Source: Promethearchaeota archaeon
Lineage (GTDB): Archaea; Asgardarchaeota; Lokiarchaeia; Sigyniarchaeales; SOKP01
DNA length: 64,000 nucleotides
Direction: 5' to 3'
NCBI GenBank assembly: GCA_048938855.1
Contig: JBHLLT010000005.1
Coordinates: forward strand, 64,001 to 128,000
Positions 29,949-40,284 of this stretch are shown piece after piece. The notes beneath the pieces were generated by a model, which saw only the letters and a program-made list of their open reading frames with translations, was not told the origin of the DNA and did no database searches. The position numbers were made by a program, and so were the translations under genes. The number at the start of each line of letters is the position of its first letter. The first letter of the stretch is position 1.

Positions 29949-30407
29949 TTACCAACCTATTCGTTGACATAGATTTTCTAAAGTAATATACCTGTTATAA
30001 TATGATAACCTTTTTTTATCTACATTCGCAATTTCATTAGGGTTCAGTATCTGATACCTTACTTTAAACCGTTCCGGAATATCTGAAATATAAATATGAA
30101 TTCTTCTAATTGCTTCTTTTCCTCTAAGCTTTTTTCTTGGCAGCATTTGTTTTATTACTCTTCTCATGAAAGTATCTGGTCTTCTCTCATGAAAAGGCCC
30201 CCTACGCGGATTAGTTGCTGTAGATATTTTCAATTTTGATAAATATTTTTCATGAATATCTTTTCGATTACCACTAATTATGGCATCTTTTGCATTAATA
30301 ATAACTATATATTCTCCTAAAAGAGCTCTTTTAGCTATCAATGAACAGAATCTTCCTAAAATTTTATCTGTTGCGTCATATAGTTGGTATTCAATTGACA
30401 TTAACAA
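29949..30407 (-). CDS. rpl13: 50S ribosomal protein uL13
   Basis: DA...ILGR, GPFH.RRP, MLP.K..RG. Confidence 0.96.
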   Translation of the reverse strand: MLMSIEYQLYDATDKILGRFCSLIAKRALLGEYIVIINAKDAIISGNRKDIHEKYLSKLKISTATNPRRGPFHERRPDTFMRRVIKQMLPRKKLRGKEAIRRIHIYISDIPERFKVRYQILNPNEIANVDKKRLSYYNRYITLENLCQRIGW

Positions 30408-30432
30408 TTCACTTTTAATTTTTTTTGTTATT

Positions 30433-30789
30433 TTAATATATTATTTTTACTCCACTTCCGTTAGGATTTAGTTCTAGTAATTCTTCAATTGAGATTAATT
30501 TACTTCCTGAAGATTCAACTTTTTTTTTAGCAGTTTTTGAATATTCTAAACATGCGATTGTAAGAGTGTGATTCAACTCTCCCATCCCTAATATTTTTCC
30601 TGGGACGATAATTGTATCGTTCTTTTTTGTATTTTTATTTATATGATATAAATTTGCTTTAACTCTATTCCTTCTTGGGCCACTAAGTTTTTTGGAAACC
30701 GTTTTCCATATTTTTATTTTAGTTTTCCATAAATCTCTTATCAATTTTCTTATGTAAAAATTACTAGGACCCGTAATTTTATGAGACAT
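30433..30789 (-). CDS. rpl18e: 50S ribosomal protein eL18
   Basis: IW..V...L..PRR, VPGKILG.G, P.GSGV.I. Confidence 0.95.
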   Translation of the reverse strand: MSHKITGPSNFYIRKLIRDLWKTKIKIWKTVSKKLSGPRRNRVKANLYHINKNTKKNDTIIVPGKILGMGELNHTLTIACLEYSKTAKKKVESSGSKLISIEELLELNPNGSGVKIIY

Positions 30790-30858
30790 GCAAAAAACGC
30801 TCTAATTTATTAATTCTGATATTTTTAATTTTTAATATTTTAATAATTTTTTGATAAA

Positions 30859-31692
30859 TTACGATTCTATTTCCACTTCTCCAAGTTTTTCAACAAATTC
30901 ATCAATTTTTTCCAAAAAAATCTCGAATGTTTTTTTCAAAATAACATCAAAATCAAGAACTCCATCACTTTCTATTAAAAAAATATAACTATTATCTTTC
31001 CATGAGACTTTTATCGCTTCTTCTGGGCAATTATCCTGACATGAATTACAAAGTGTGCAAGTTTTCCAATAGTCTTCTAACAATTCTGGAGTTTTATTAT
31101 TAGAGAAATCATATAACCTTTCAGGGCACATTCTTGAAACAATACACCTATCTGGGCATTTTCCACATTTGGTATTATCAAAATCGATTTGAGGATAAAA
31201 TCTATAGAAAATGTTTGAAACAGCTTGCCATTTAACATGTTCTTTGGCTAAACCTAATACTGCGTAAGCTTCAATTATCACTTTATCATTCTTATCTATT
31301 TTAACTAGTGGAATATTTGGTTCTACAGGCTTTATTTTTGGATCATTTGAATTTAAATCTCTAGAATAAATTTCCATTGGTGTATTTGTTGTATTGGTAA
31401 CCTCACAAGTTAAAGAGACTTGGCATAACGCACATCCATAACCACCACACTCACACTCACGAGGAAGTTTATACGATTCTAAATCAGTGGTTAAAGGAAT
31501 CATACCAAGCCTATGAGCTATTATTTCATCGTAGAGAGGAGAATCATTCTTCAAAATAATAACCTCATCTATTGCCATGACGGGGATTTCAGAAATTATA
31601 ATCCTACGAATGGCATTTGCCATTTCAATAGATATACCATCAACTACAAACTTTAAATTGTGCTTTGTTTTCTCAAGAATTTCAAGACTCAT
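30859..31692 (-). CDS. rpoD: DNA-directed RNA polymerase subunit D (Rpo3)
   Basis: ANAIRR, NDSPLYDEIIAHRLGMIPL, G..KEH.KW, ferredoxin-like insert. Confidence 0.97.
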   Translation of the reverse strand: MSLEILEKTKHNLKFVVDGISIEMANAIRRIIISEIPVMAIDEVIILKNDSPLYDEIIAHRLGMIPLTTDLESYKLPRECECGGYGCALCQVSLTCEVTNTTNTPMEIYSRDLNSNDPKIKPVEPNIPLVKIDKNDKVIIEAYAVLGLAKEHVKWQAVSNIFYRFYPQIDFDNTKCGKCPDRCIVSRMCPERLYDFSNNKTPELLEDYWKTCTLCNSCQDNCPEEAIKVSWKDNSYIFLIESDGVLDFDVILKKTFEIFLEKIDEFVEKLGEVEIES

Positions 31693-31797
31693 AATAACGT
31701 AAGAAATTTATTTTAATCATAAAATTCGAATAACTTATAAAATCTAGCATTTTAGATAAGTTTTATTGTTCAAAAGAAAAAATAAGAATAAAAATAA

Positions 31798-33126
31798 TTA
31801 GTAAAACTTCAAATATTCATAAGCTTTATTTTGGGGCTGAAAACAATATTTTACTTCTTGAAAGTCTTTTCGAAATTCTGCTACTTCATTTTTAACTTTT
31901 TTAGGATCTTTTTCCTCAATTATCAATTTCTTGAAAAATTCAGCAATGTCCTTCATCTCGCTTTTTCCCATTCCGAGTCGAGTAACTTCAGATGTTCCCA
32001 TCCTTAAACCACCTGGATTTTGATAATGCCTTCCTTGAGAAATATCATATGGTAATAGGTTGCGATTAAGTATTATATTCGCTTCTTCTAATAATTTTTC
32101 AATATCACCACCTAAACCAATTTTTTTCTCAAATTCAGTAATATCCACCACAATTTGATGGGATTCAGTAAAGCCTTTATGTTCCATCAAAACTTTTAAA
32201 CCTAAATCAGATAGAGCTTCTCCGAGTGCTTTTGCATTTTCAATAACATTTTTATGATAATCCTTTCCAAATTCCAACATTTCTGTTAAAGCAACAGCCA
32301 GCCCAGCAACATTATGCAGATGATGATTAGATAGCAAAGCTGGAAATGCACAAGACCTTAAGTTTTCAATAAGATCTTCTCTGTTTGATACTAATGCTCC
32401 ATGTTGAGGTCCAGGAAGTGTTTTATGAGTACTCATAGTCATAGCATCTGCCCCTTCTCTTAATGGATCTTGAAAATACCCTGAACCAATTAGTCCAGCA
32501 ACATGAGCAGCATCATAACCAACATATGCTCCAACTTCTTTAGCAACATCCCCTAGCTCTTTTACAGGATGTGGAAAAAGAAATACGGAACCACCAAATA
32601 GAACTAATTCAGGTTCAAACTCTCTGATAATTTTCGCGGAAGCATCAATATCAAGATTCATTTCATCATTATCAAACGCTAAATACTCAACATTTAATCC
32701 TCTTGTAGTCCCAGCAGTACCGAAAATTTCTCTCCCACTTTTTGCAAACCTAGGACCGTGGGAAATGTGACCACCCCGAACAATAGACATACAACACATT
32801 TTACCATTATTATCCGATGTAAACGCATTATACATAACTAAATTCGCTACTACTCCTGATATAGGCCTCACATCAGCATGAATACAATCAAAATATTGCT
32901 TAGTAAGCTCCATACAAATATCTTCAATTTGATCAATGAAAGTACATCCAGCATAAACTCTTTGTCCACTCCATCCTTCTGCATACCGATGTGAGAAATC
33001 AGAAGCACATGCTTCATCAACAGCAGGGCTAGTGACATTTTCAGATGCGATTAGTGGAATTGATTTTTGAAACCATTCATGATGTTCTGATAAAAGATTT
33101 CGGATTTCACTTAGTTTTTCATTCAC
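31798..33126 (-). CDS. glyA: Serine hydroxymethyltransferase
   Basis: LIASEN, YAEG, GGHISH, DAAHVAG, STHKT (PLP Lys), GLRMGT. Confidence 0.97.
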   Translation of the reverse strand: MNEKLSEIRNLLSEHHEWFQKSIPLIASENVTSPAVDEACASDFSHRYAEGWSGQRVYAGCTFIDQIEDICMELTKQYFDCIHADVRPISGVVANLVMYNAFTSDNNGKMCCMSIVRGGHISHGPRFAKSGREIFGTAGTTRGLNVEYLAFDNDEMNLDIDASAKIIREFEPELVLFGGSVFLFPHPVKELGDVAKEVGAYVGYDAAHVAGLIGSGYFQDPLREGADAMTMSTHKTLPGPQHGALVSNREDLIENLRSCAFPALLSNHHLHNVAGLAVALTEMLEFGKDYHKNVIENAKALGEALSDLGLKVLMEHKGFTESHQIVVDITEFEKKIGLGGDIEKLLEEANIILNRNLLPYDISQGRHYQNPGGLRMGTSEVTRLGMGKSEMKDIAEFFKKLIIEEKDPKKVKNEVAEFRKDFQEVKYCFQPQNKAYEYLKFY

Positions 33127-33304
33127 ATTTAATCAATCCATTTGATTAATTTTAGACGATATTTAAATAATAACTTACCAATTTTTTAAAACTTTTTCAG
33201 ACTTGTAAATATTTAGATAAAACTATCTAAGATCATAAAAATTTTCAAAAAAAATCTACATATGAAGAATGAATGCGAAAAATTCTTAATCTATGAAAAA
33301 AACA

Positions 33305-34219
33305 TTATTCTCTGGATTCTAAGATTAACCTTGCTTCAAAAAGATTAAGTTTTTTTCCTGCTTTTTGTTTTTCCAAAGCTGTTTCTAATTGCTGCTTTCT
33401 CATTTCTTCGATCTTTTCATTTTTTTTTGCTCTTTCATCGAATTTCTTAGTAGGTATTTTTACTGGTTTATAAGGTTTCTTACCTTTGTACATCTTTTTA
33501 CTTTGATTCATCAGCTTAAGGTATTGTTCATGATAGCGATCAGCTGTTTTTTTATTCTCAATGAGTTCTTCTTCAAGTTTACGTTTTTCTCCTTTTAACT
33601 TATCTACATTCTGGAATATTTCTAACATCTTAGAATGATTTTCTTGGGATTTATCTGACCATTTGTTTAATTGTTCATAGATTTTATTAAGATTGATCTT
33701 TACTATTTCAATTTTTCTTTCAATTATGAAAATATCATTATTCTTCGGCATAGATAAATATTCTTGTTTCATCGCTGCTAATTCTCTTATCTTGTCAATT
33801 ATTGTATTTTCTTCATTTATATCGAGTTTCTCAGTTTCAATTCTTCTCTCAAGGTTTTCTATTTTACGTTCAATTTGTTTAATAGAGAGATGTTGTTTAT
33901 TAGCTTGTAAATCCTTACCAGGCTTTTGTTTATCCTTTTTTTCGTCAATTAGATTATCTAATAGTGTTTTATATTCATTTTTTTTTTCTTTAAGCTGTTT
34001 AACTTTATTATTCCAATAATCCCTTTTTTTTTTGTATTTCTCCTTAGCAATTTTTAAAGAATTAGCAATATCTATTTCAATATCTTGAAGATCGTTAATA
34101 TATTTTTTTGTTTTTTGATTTAATTCATCTCTTTTTTGCCGTATGTCTTCAATCTGATACTGAAGGTCTCTAAAAGATGTTCGGGAAGTTTGAGTTTTCT
34201 GGTTTCGTTCTTTACTCAT
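33305..34219 (-). CDS. Archaeal coiled-coil protein (COG1340-like)
   Basis: K/E-rich heptads, KRDELN, 'IE.LE..IET..L....E..IIDKI.EL', C-terminal GKKL.L.E. Confidence 0.75.
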   Translation of the reverse strand: MSKERNQKTQTSRTSFRDLQYQIEDIRQKRDELNQKTKKYINDLQDIEIDIANSLKIAKEKYKKKRDYWNNKVKQLKEKKNEYKTLLDNLIDEKKDKQKPGKDLQANKQHLSIKQIERKIENLERRIETEKLDINEENTIIDKIRELAAMKQEYLSMPKNNDIFIIERKIEIVKINLNKIYEQLNKWSDKSQENHSKMLEIFQNVDKLKGEKRKLEEELIENKKTADRYHEQYLKLMNQSKKMYKGKKPYKPVKIPTKKFDERAKKNEKIEEMRKQQLETALEKQKAGKKLNLFEARLILESRE

Positions 34220-34355
34220 AAATTAATTCATTTAAGAGGTTTTTTAAAAAAGATTTTTATAAGAATAATATTATTGAGAGTAGTGTATATTTTTTATATT
34301 TTTATATTTTTTATAAATAATGATACTCTTGATATGAAAAAAGATAGAACATAGT

Positions 34356-35222
34356 ATGAGCTCTGAAATAATTAAAGAAAATGATTTAATCTTTTTGATT
34401 CTTGATCAAAAAAGAAGATGGTTAGTTCAAGTGAAATCTGGGGGTACTTTTCATACTCATAGAGGTATAATTGAGTTTGATGATATTATAGGTAAGCATT
34501 TTGGCTCAGTAGTGTTTTCTAAACCTTATAAAACTCAAGGATATAAGTTTGTTGTATTAAAACCTTTGCCCTCCGATTATATTCTTCATATGTCGAGAAA
34601 AACCCAAATTATTTACCCAGAAGATACTGGGTTGATATTGATATATTCTGGAATAGGACCAGGAAGTATTGTTATTGAAGCAGGGTGTGGTTCTGGGGCA
34701 CTAACATGTATATTAGGTAATTTAGTCCGTCCAAGAGGACATATATATTCATATGATATTAGCGAAAAATCAATAAAGAGAGCTAATTTAAACGTAAAAA
34801 AAGCAAAATTAGAGGATGTTGTCACAATTCAATTTGGAGATATTTTACATGAAGCTCTTCCTCATAAAAATGCAGATGTTGTAGTGTTAGATATAGCTAC
34901 ACCTTGGGATGCAATTACAAAAATTAAGGATTACTTAAAATATAGTGGTATCGTAGTATCTTTTTCTCCAACCATTGAACAAGTGAAAAAAACTGTCTTT
35001 TCAATGAAAGAACAAAATTTTGTGGAAGTAAACACGTATGAATTAATTAAAAGAAAAATTCAAGTAAAAGAAAATGCTACAAGACCAGAAGTACGAATGA
35101 TTGGTCATACAGGCTATATAACATTTGGCAGAAAAATTGAAGATATAAAAAATCCGTATAGAGAACAAAAGCCAAAATCAAATGAAATATTTAGTATGAA
35201 TGGAATGCCCTTAAAGGGTTAA
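34356..35222 (+). CDS. trmI: tRNA (adenine-N1)-methyltransferase
   Basis: HTHRG, RKTQIIYP.D, EAGCGSGA, LD...PW, SPTIEQ, RP..RM.GHTGY. Confidence 0.95.
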   Translation: MSSEIIKENDLIFLILDQKRRWLVQVKSGGTFHTHRGIIEFDDIIGKHFGSVVFSKPYKTQGYKFVVLKPLPSDYILHMSRKTQIIYPEDTGLILIYSGIGPGSIVIEAGCGSGALTCILGNLVRPRGHIYSYDISEKSIKRANLNVKKAKLEDVVTIQFGDILHEALPHKNADVVVLDIATPWDAITKIKDYLKYSGIVVSFSPTIEQVKKTVFSMKEQNFVEVNTYELIKRKIQVKENATRPEVRMIGHTGYITFGRKIEDIKNPYREQKPKSNEIFSMNGMPLKG

Positions 35223-35641
35223 AATCCTTTAAGTTGAGTACCTGTTTTAAATTCTTTCTTTTTTTTAAATCTTTCTGTCGTAAAAAAATGTTTTTTCTTT
35301 TCAGGTAAAATCTCTATATATTTTCTTAGTAGATTTTCAACATAATCTTTTGTAGGCTTACTACTTGTAATTTTGCTAGGTTGAGTTAAATAATCTAATA
35401 TTTCTTTATCTGATGTTTTGTATGACAACCCGAGGTTTTTTAATGGAATATGTACAGAGTGTAAAAACCATCCAGTTGATTTTTGATCATGAGCCATTAC
35501 TTTAAGGATATTAGCATCTTCCTTTTTGATTTTAACATCTAATAGCTTTTTTCCAGGTCGAATAATTATTGATAAATATTCTGGAATTTTTGATTTGGGG
35601 TCATGAATTTTTTTATAAAAACTTTCGAGTCTCTTACTCAT
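35219..35641 (-). CDS. Hypothetical basic protein
   Basis: 140-aa ORF with host-like codon usage filling the gap; no motif recognised. Confidence 0.6.
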   Translation of the reverse strand: MSKRLESFYKKIHDPKSKIPEYLSIIIRPGKKLLDVKIKKEDANILKVMAHDQKSTGWFLHSVHIPLKNLGLSYKTSDKEILDYLTQPSKITSSKPTKDYVENLLRKYIEILPEKKKHFFTTERFKKKKEFKTGTQLKGF

Positions 35642-35767
35642 AATTAATTCAATAAATTAAAATTGTTGAAAAATAGACAATAATAAAAAGAATAAATTAA
35701 AATTTATAATTAAATTTATTATTTAATAGATTTAGCCTATATTCTTTAATAATTGAAGTAAGGCAAA

Positions 35768-36811
35768 ATGAGCTCATTAGAAACTCCACTCCAAGAGAAA
35801 TACGTATTGAAGAAAAAGATATGTGTTTTAGGTGGAACTGAAACATATAAAGATGAGTTCCAAAAACAACTGAGTTCAAATAGCCTACCAATCGAAAATA
35901 AACGAAATATTGGAGTAAACATAAGTAAAATCGACTTTTCTTTTAAAAAACATGAGATTTTCGAATTTCTTTTATGGAATATTGATTGTAGACAACCAAG
36001 ATCATATTTACGCACTATTTTTTATAACGGGGCAGAAGCTATCATCATTTTTATATCGGAAACAAAAGTAGACCAAATTCTCCAATATTTTACAGAAATA
36101 CAAGCTCGGATAACCTCAGTGACCATTATTTTTTGTATTATCCTTGAAAAATACAATAAAGAGGATATAATTAAGAAATATCTCAAAAAGAATGAATTTA
36201 TCTCAACAACGAATTCATTTAACTTCCAGGTTAATGAAATATTTGAGAGTATAGAAATTTTAAATCAGATATGTTCAATTTCACTGAAAAAAACTAAGTA
36301 TAAAGAATTAGGAAATACTTACTTTATTGATTTTATTCCTTTAAGACTCCTATTTGAAGATGACAATATAACAGACGAATGTAATGATTATTATGAACCT
36401 GAGACGCGAACTTCGAAAATTACTGTAAATATTAATACAGAAAAGTTAATTAAATATATTCTAAAATTGAAATTAGATATATATTTCGAATCTGAGAATT
36501 GGATTAAAATTAAAAATACAAAACTTGGTACTTTCTCGATATATCTCAAAAATGGTAATGTCTATTATTATCCTCGAATTTGCAAAAAATGCAAGGATAA
36601 AGCATGTCTGAAACTCAAAAAATCGCCATTTTTTATTTGTATTGAATCCGGAGAATCAAAAGGGTGGACAAATATTAACGGATTGGAACAACCTGAACTC
36701 CTCATTTTAGCAAAAATATTAGCCTTGGCAGAAGGTAATGAAAACACCTTACCGCACTCAGTATTAAAGCAAATTAAGAATTTTAATATATGTGAGAAAA
36801 GGACTAATTGA
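35768..36811 (+). CDS. Degenerate Rab-like small-GTPase-fold protein with Cys-rich C-terminal domain
   Basis: KKICVLG, IGVN, LWNI, 'LRTIFYNGAEAIII' mirror Rab strand order, but the GKT, DxxG and NKxD motifs are lost. Confidence 0.65.
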   Translation: MSSLETPLQEKYVLKKKICVLGGTETYKDEFQKQLSSNSLPIENKRNIGVNISKIDFSFKKHEIFEFLLWNIDCRQPRSYLRTIFYNGAEAIIIFISETKVDQILQYFTEIQARITSVTIIFCIILEKYNKEDIIKKYLKKNEFISTTNSFNFQVNEIFESIEILNQICSISLKKTKYKELGNTYFIDFIPLRLLFEDDNITDECNDYYEPETRTSKITVNINTEKLIKYILKLKLDIYFESENWIKIKNTKLGTFSIYLKNGNVYYYPRICKKCKDKACLKLKKSPFFICIESGESKGWTNINGLEQPELLILAKILALAEGNENTLPHSVLKQIKNFNICEKRTN

Positions 36812-36814
36812 AAA

Positions 36815-37237
36815 ATGACAACTGTATTGGAAACATTTGATGTAAAAACAAAAGCATATTGCGATGTAATTAATATAACTGAACAAGTTCAACAGTGTGT
36901 AAATAAAAGTGGTATTAGCGATGGAATCATAAATGTCCATGTAGCAGGTTCAACCGGAGCAATTTCAACGGTTGAGTATGAGCCAGGACTTGTAAACCAT
37001 GATATTAAGCAATTATTAGAAAAATTAATTCCTTATACAGAAGATTATGCTCATCATAAAACTTGGCATGATTATAATGGGGCGGGGCATTTAAGGAGTT
37101 TTCTAATTAAAACATCTCAAACATTTCCGTTTAAAAACCATAAATTGATTTTAGGAACTTGGCAGCAAATTATTTTTGTTGAATGCGATGAAAGAGGGAG
37201 ATCCAGAACAATCTATTGTATGATTGTAGGAGATTAA
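36815..37237 (+). CDS. YjbQ/UPF0047 family protein
   Basis: EYEPGL, Y.HH..W.D.NG..H, LGTWQQI.F.E.D. Confidence 0.93.
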   Translation: MTTVLETFDVKTKAYCDVINITEQVQQCVNKSGISDGIINVHVAGSTGAISTVEYEPGLVNHDIKQLLEKLIPYTEDYAHHKTWHDYNGAGHLRSFLIKTSQTFPFKNHKLILGTWQQIIFVECDERGRSRTIYCMIVGD

Positions 37238-37274
37238 ATTTTATATAAATTTTAAAAAAAATAATAATAATTAG

Positions 37275-37650
37275 TTATTTTGGTTTTGCGTTTTTTATCA
37301 AACTATCCAGTTCTGTAATAATTATCTGGTATTTGTCTCGTAATCGAATTCTTTCAAATTTATCCGAAAGATCCTTAACTGATTTATCAAATTGTTTTAC
37401 ACCCTGAGAAAATACTGGGATTTTTTTAAGTGATTTATATGTGTTTTCTTTTAGGCTGATTTGATATTCTAAATTTTCTAAAAATTTATTTTCTATTTCT
37501 ATCAACTCTTACGTTAATTAAAGTAGATTATTGAGGAAAATCAGTCTATCTGCTTTAAAAAATATAAATATCATATAAATGTCATCGAGAACCCTCTATA
37601 AATATTGGAATTTGAGCAGTTTTACTCTAAAAATAGAAAATAAAAACATA
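37275..37650 (-). pseudogene. Probable decayed gene (76-aa open 3' part 37275-37505, in-frame stops upstream)
   Basis: The open part has only a TTG start; the same frame continues upstream through three stops. Confidence 0.35.
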
Positions 37651-37814
37651 TGAATGTTATTTAGATAAGATCTTGATATTATACCGATCAATATACATTT
37701 GAGAGTCAAGATTAAAATTTTAAAATTTAATTTTGCTTTCGCAGAAGTTTAAATTAATAAAATCTATTATTTTATTAAACTCAAAAATAGCTTAATAGAA
37801 CAAGTGGAATTTAA

Positions 37815-38738
37815 ATGGAAGGGTTATTGAAAATCATTGTCAGTGGTCTTGACAACGCCGGAAAAACCTCAATCTTAACAGCATTAGATAAAAAGTATGA
37901 TTTTGCGAAAGATATCGTTCAGCTCAAGCCAACTATTAGAGTTGAGTATCATAAAATGAATTTCTTGCGCAGTAATTGTGTTATATGGGACATGGGTGGC
38001 CAAGAAACCTATCGTGATATTTATATTAATTTTCAAGATGTTTATTTTGATGCAACTGACTTACTTATCTATGTAATTGATATTCAGGATTCAGATAGAT
38101 TCGATGATTCACTAGAATATCTTAATTCGATTTTAACTTATTTTTCTGAAAGTGAAATGGATGTTCCGATAATTATAACTTTTCATAAATATGATCCAGA
38201 ATTAAAGGCTAATTCAGAAATCCGTACAAATATTAAAAAGTTACGGGAAAAAATTTTAAATGATTATCCTAATTTCAATATCCTTTTTCAACAGTCTAGT
38301 ATTTATGACATAATTTCAATTATTCAGCTTATATCTTATGGGCTTTCTGTGTTTGATCGTAAATTTTTCCAGCTTTCAGAGCTTGTAGAATATTACTTAA
38401 AAATTTTTAATAGTCAAGCCTTAATAGTTTTTGATCGTAATGGAATTATTATTTCTGAATATTACAATGATATTGAACCAGAAGTCTATGTTGAACTAAT
38501 AAAATCAATTAAAGAGCATCTTTTTTTACTTAAACGAATGGAAGAGGAAAATATAGAAGAGAATTTTGATTTTACCTCAACCGAAGGTTCACTCTTTTCC
38601 TATTTGGTTAGAACAAAAATAAAAAATGAATTATTTTTCGTGTCTGCTGTGCTAAGAGAACCACAAAAAGAGAAGTTTTTTGAGAAGTTCCCTGATTTCC
38701 TTGATGATTTAGTTAAGATTATTGAACAATTAATTTAA
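37815..38738 (+). CDS. Arf/Rag-like small GTPase with C-terminal roadblock/longin-like domain
   Basis: G1 GLDNAGKT, G2 PT, G3 WDMGGQ, G4 HKYD; C-terminal 'ALIVFDRNGIIISEY'. Confidence 0.88.
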   Translation: MEGLLKIIVSGLDNAGKTSILTALDKKYDFAKDIVQLKPTIRVEYHKMNFLRSNCVIWDMGGQETYRDIYINFQDVYFDATDLLIYVIDIQDSDRFDDSLEYLNSILTYFSESEMDVPIIITFHKYDPELKANSEIRTNIKKLREKILNDYPNFNILFQQSSIYDIISIIQLISYGLSVFDRKFFQLSELVEYYLKIFNSQALIVFDRNGIIISEYYNDIEPEVYVELIKSIKEHLFLLKRMEEENIEENFDFTSTEGSLFSYLVRTKIKNELFFVSAVLREPQKEKFFEKFPDFLDDLVKIIEQLI

Positions 38739-38927
38739 AATTAGAAGTCTCTAATATTCTAATACACCAATTATCATAATTAATTTTCATTTATTTATCA
38801 TTCTTAGGTTTTTTTTCTCTCAATATAATCTCCTATGATAAATATACAAAATTTTAAAATCCCAAAATCTAATAAAAATCAAACATTTTCCTATGGAAGA
38901 TATTTTAAAAACATCTATGATTCAAAA

Positions 38928-40088
38928 ATGCCTGATTTTATAGTTACTCCCTGGGAAGTAAGTGGTGAAATTGATTATGATCAGTTAATTAAGGAATTTG
39001 GAATAGAACCTATTGATGAAAAAGTGTTGTTCTATATTAAGGAGATAGCAAAGGAGATTCATCCTTTTTTGAGAAGGAAAATATTTTTTGCTCATAGAGA
39101 TTTTAATTGGATTCTAGATGAATATAAAAAAGGAAATCCGTTTTACCTCTATACAGGAAGAGGTCCATCTGGAAACGTTCATCTTGGGCATTTACTACCT
39201 TGGATTTTTACTAAATGGTTACAAGATAAGTTTGATGTTGAACTCTGGTTTCAGTTGACCGATGATGAGAAATTCTTATTTAATCAATCATATGAGTTAG
39301 AGGAAACATATAAATATGGATTTGATAATGCTTTGGATATAATAGCTTTAGGCTTTGATCCTAAGAAAACATTTATATTTTCAGATCTCGATCTTGCTGG
39401 AACACTCTACAGAAATGCCTTAAAAATAGCAAAGAAAATAACATTTTCTACGATAAAAGCAACTTTTGGATTTGACAACAGTTCAAATATAGGCCAAATT
39501 TTTTATACTAGTATTCAAACAGTCCCAGCTATCTTAAAAAGTGTCATAGAAGAGAAAAACATTCCCTGTTTAATTCCCCATGCAGTAGACCAAGATGCTC
39601 ATTTTCGTTTATCGAGAGATGTATTGCCTAAGCTCGGGTATTATAAACCTGCATCTATTCAATGTGTCTTTCTACCAAGTCTACAACAAAGCGGCAAAAT
39701 GTCAGCATCAGTTAAGACAACAGCAATCTTTACAAAAGACAAGCCAGATGCTGTAAAAAAGAAAATTAATAATGCATTCACCGGAGGACAAGCGAACGCT
39801 AAATTACAAAGAGAATTAGGAGGAAACCCAGCAATATGTCCCGTTTATAAATACCATTTTATGCTGTTTACATTAGATGATAATGAAATCAGAGAAATTC
39901 AATCAAAATGCACTAATGGAGAACTACTATGCGGAGACTGTAAAAAAGATTTAATAGGAAAGGTAAATAAATTTCTCAGTGAACACCAAAGAAAGAGAGA
40001 AAAAGCGAAAGACAAACTAGAAGATTTTCTCCTAAAAGAAAAAATTGACGTAAAATCAATGATACGTGAAAGATCTTCCAATAAATGA
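38928..40088 (+). CDS. trpS: Tryptophan--tRNA ligase (archaeal/eukaryal type); start reassigned to MPDFIVTPW
   Basis: VTPW.V, YTGRGPS, HLGH, DDEKFL, DQD.HF, KMSAS, AFTGG. Confidence 0.96.
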   Translation: MPDFIVTPWEVSGEIDYDQLIKEFGIEPIDEKVLFYIKEIAKEIHPFLRRKIFFAHRDFNWILDEYKKGNPFYLYTGRGPSGNVHLGHLLPWIFTKWLQDKFDVELWFQLTDDEKFLFNQSYELEETYKYGFDNALDIIALGFDPKKTFIFSDLDLAGTLYRNALKIAKKITFSTIKATFGFDNSSNIGQIFYTSIQTVPAILKSVIEEKNIPCLIPHAVDQDAHFRLSRDVLPKLGYYKPASIQCVFLPSLQQSGKMSASVKTTAIFTKDKPDAVKKKINNAFTGGQANAKLQRELGGNPAICPVYKYHFMLFTLDDNEIREIQSKCTNGELLCGDCKKDLIGKVNKFLSEHQRKREKAKDKLEDFLLKEKIDVKSMIRERSSNK

Positions 40089-40284
40089 AGATTATAACAA
40101 CATCTCAACTATGAATTTTGGTAAATTTAATCTAAATTTTATAATATTTTTATAAATAAGTGTTAAAAATTTTTCAATGAAACTTTTCCTAAATGAAAAT
40201 TTTTCTAAAATTTTATATAGTTCTCAAAATACAATATATTGAGAAATTTATTAAATATAAGTATTATATTTAGGTTCGTTCTAA

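Noticed and set aside
38835-38927. N-terminal extension of TrpRS
   Set aside because: AT-rich and promoter-like; recognisable TrpRS sequence begins at MPDFIVTPW (38928).
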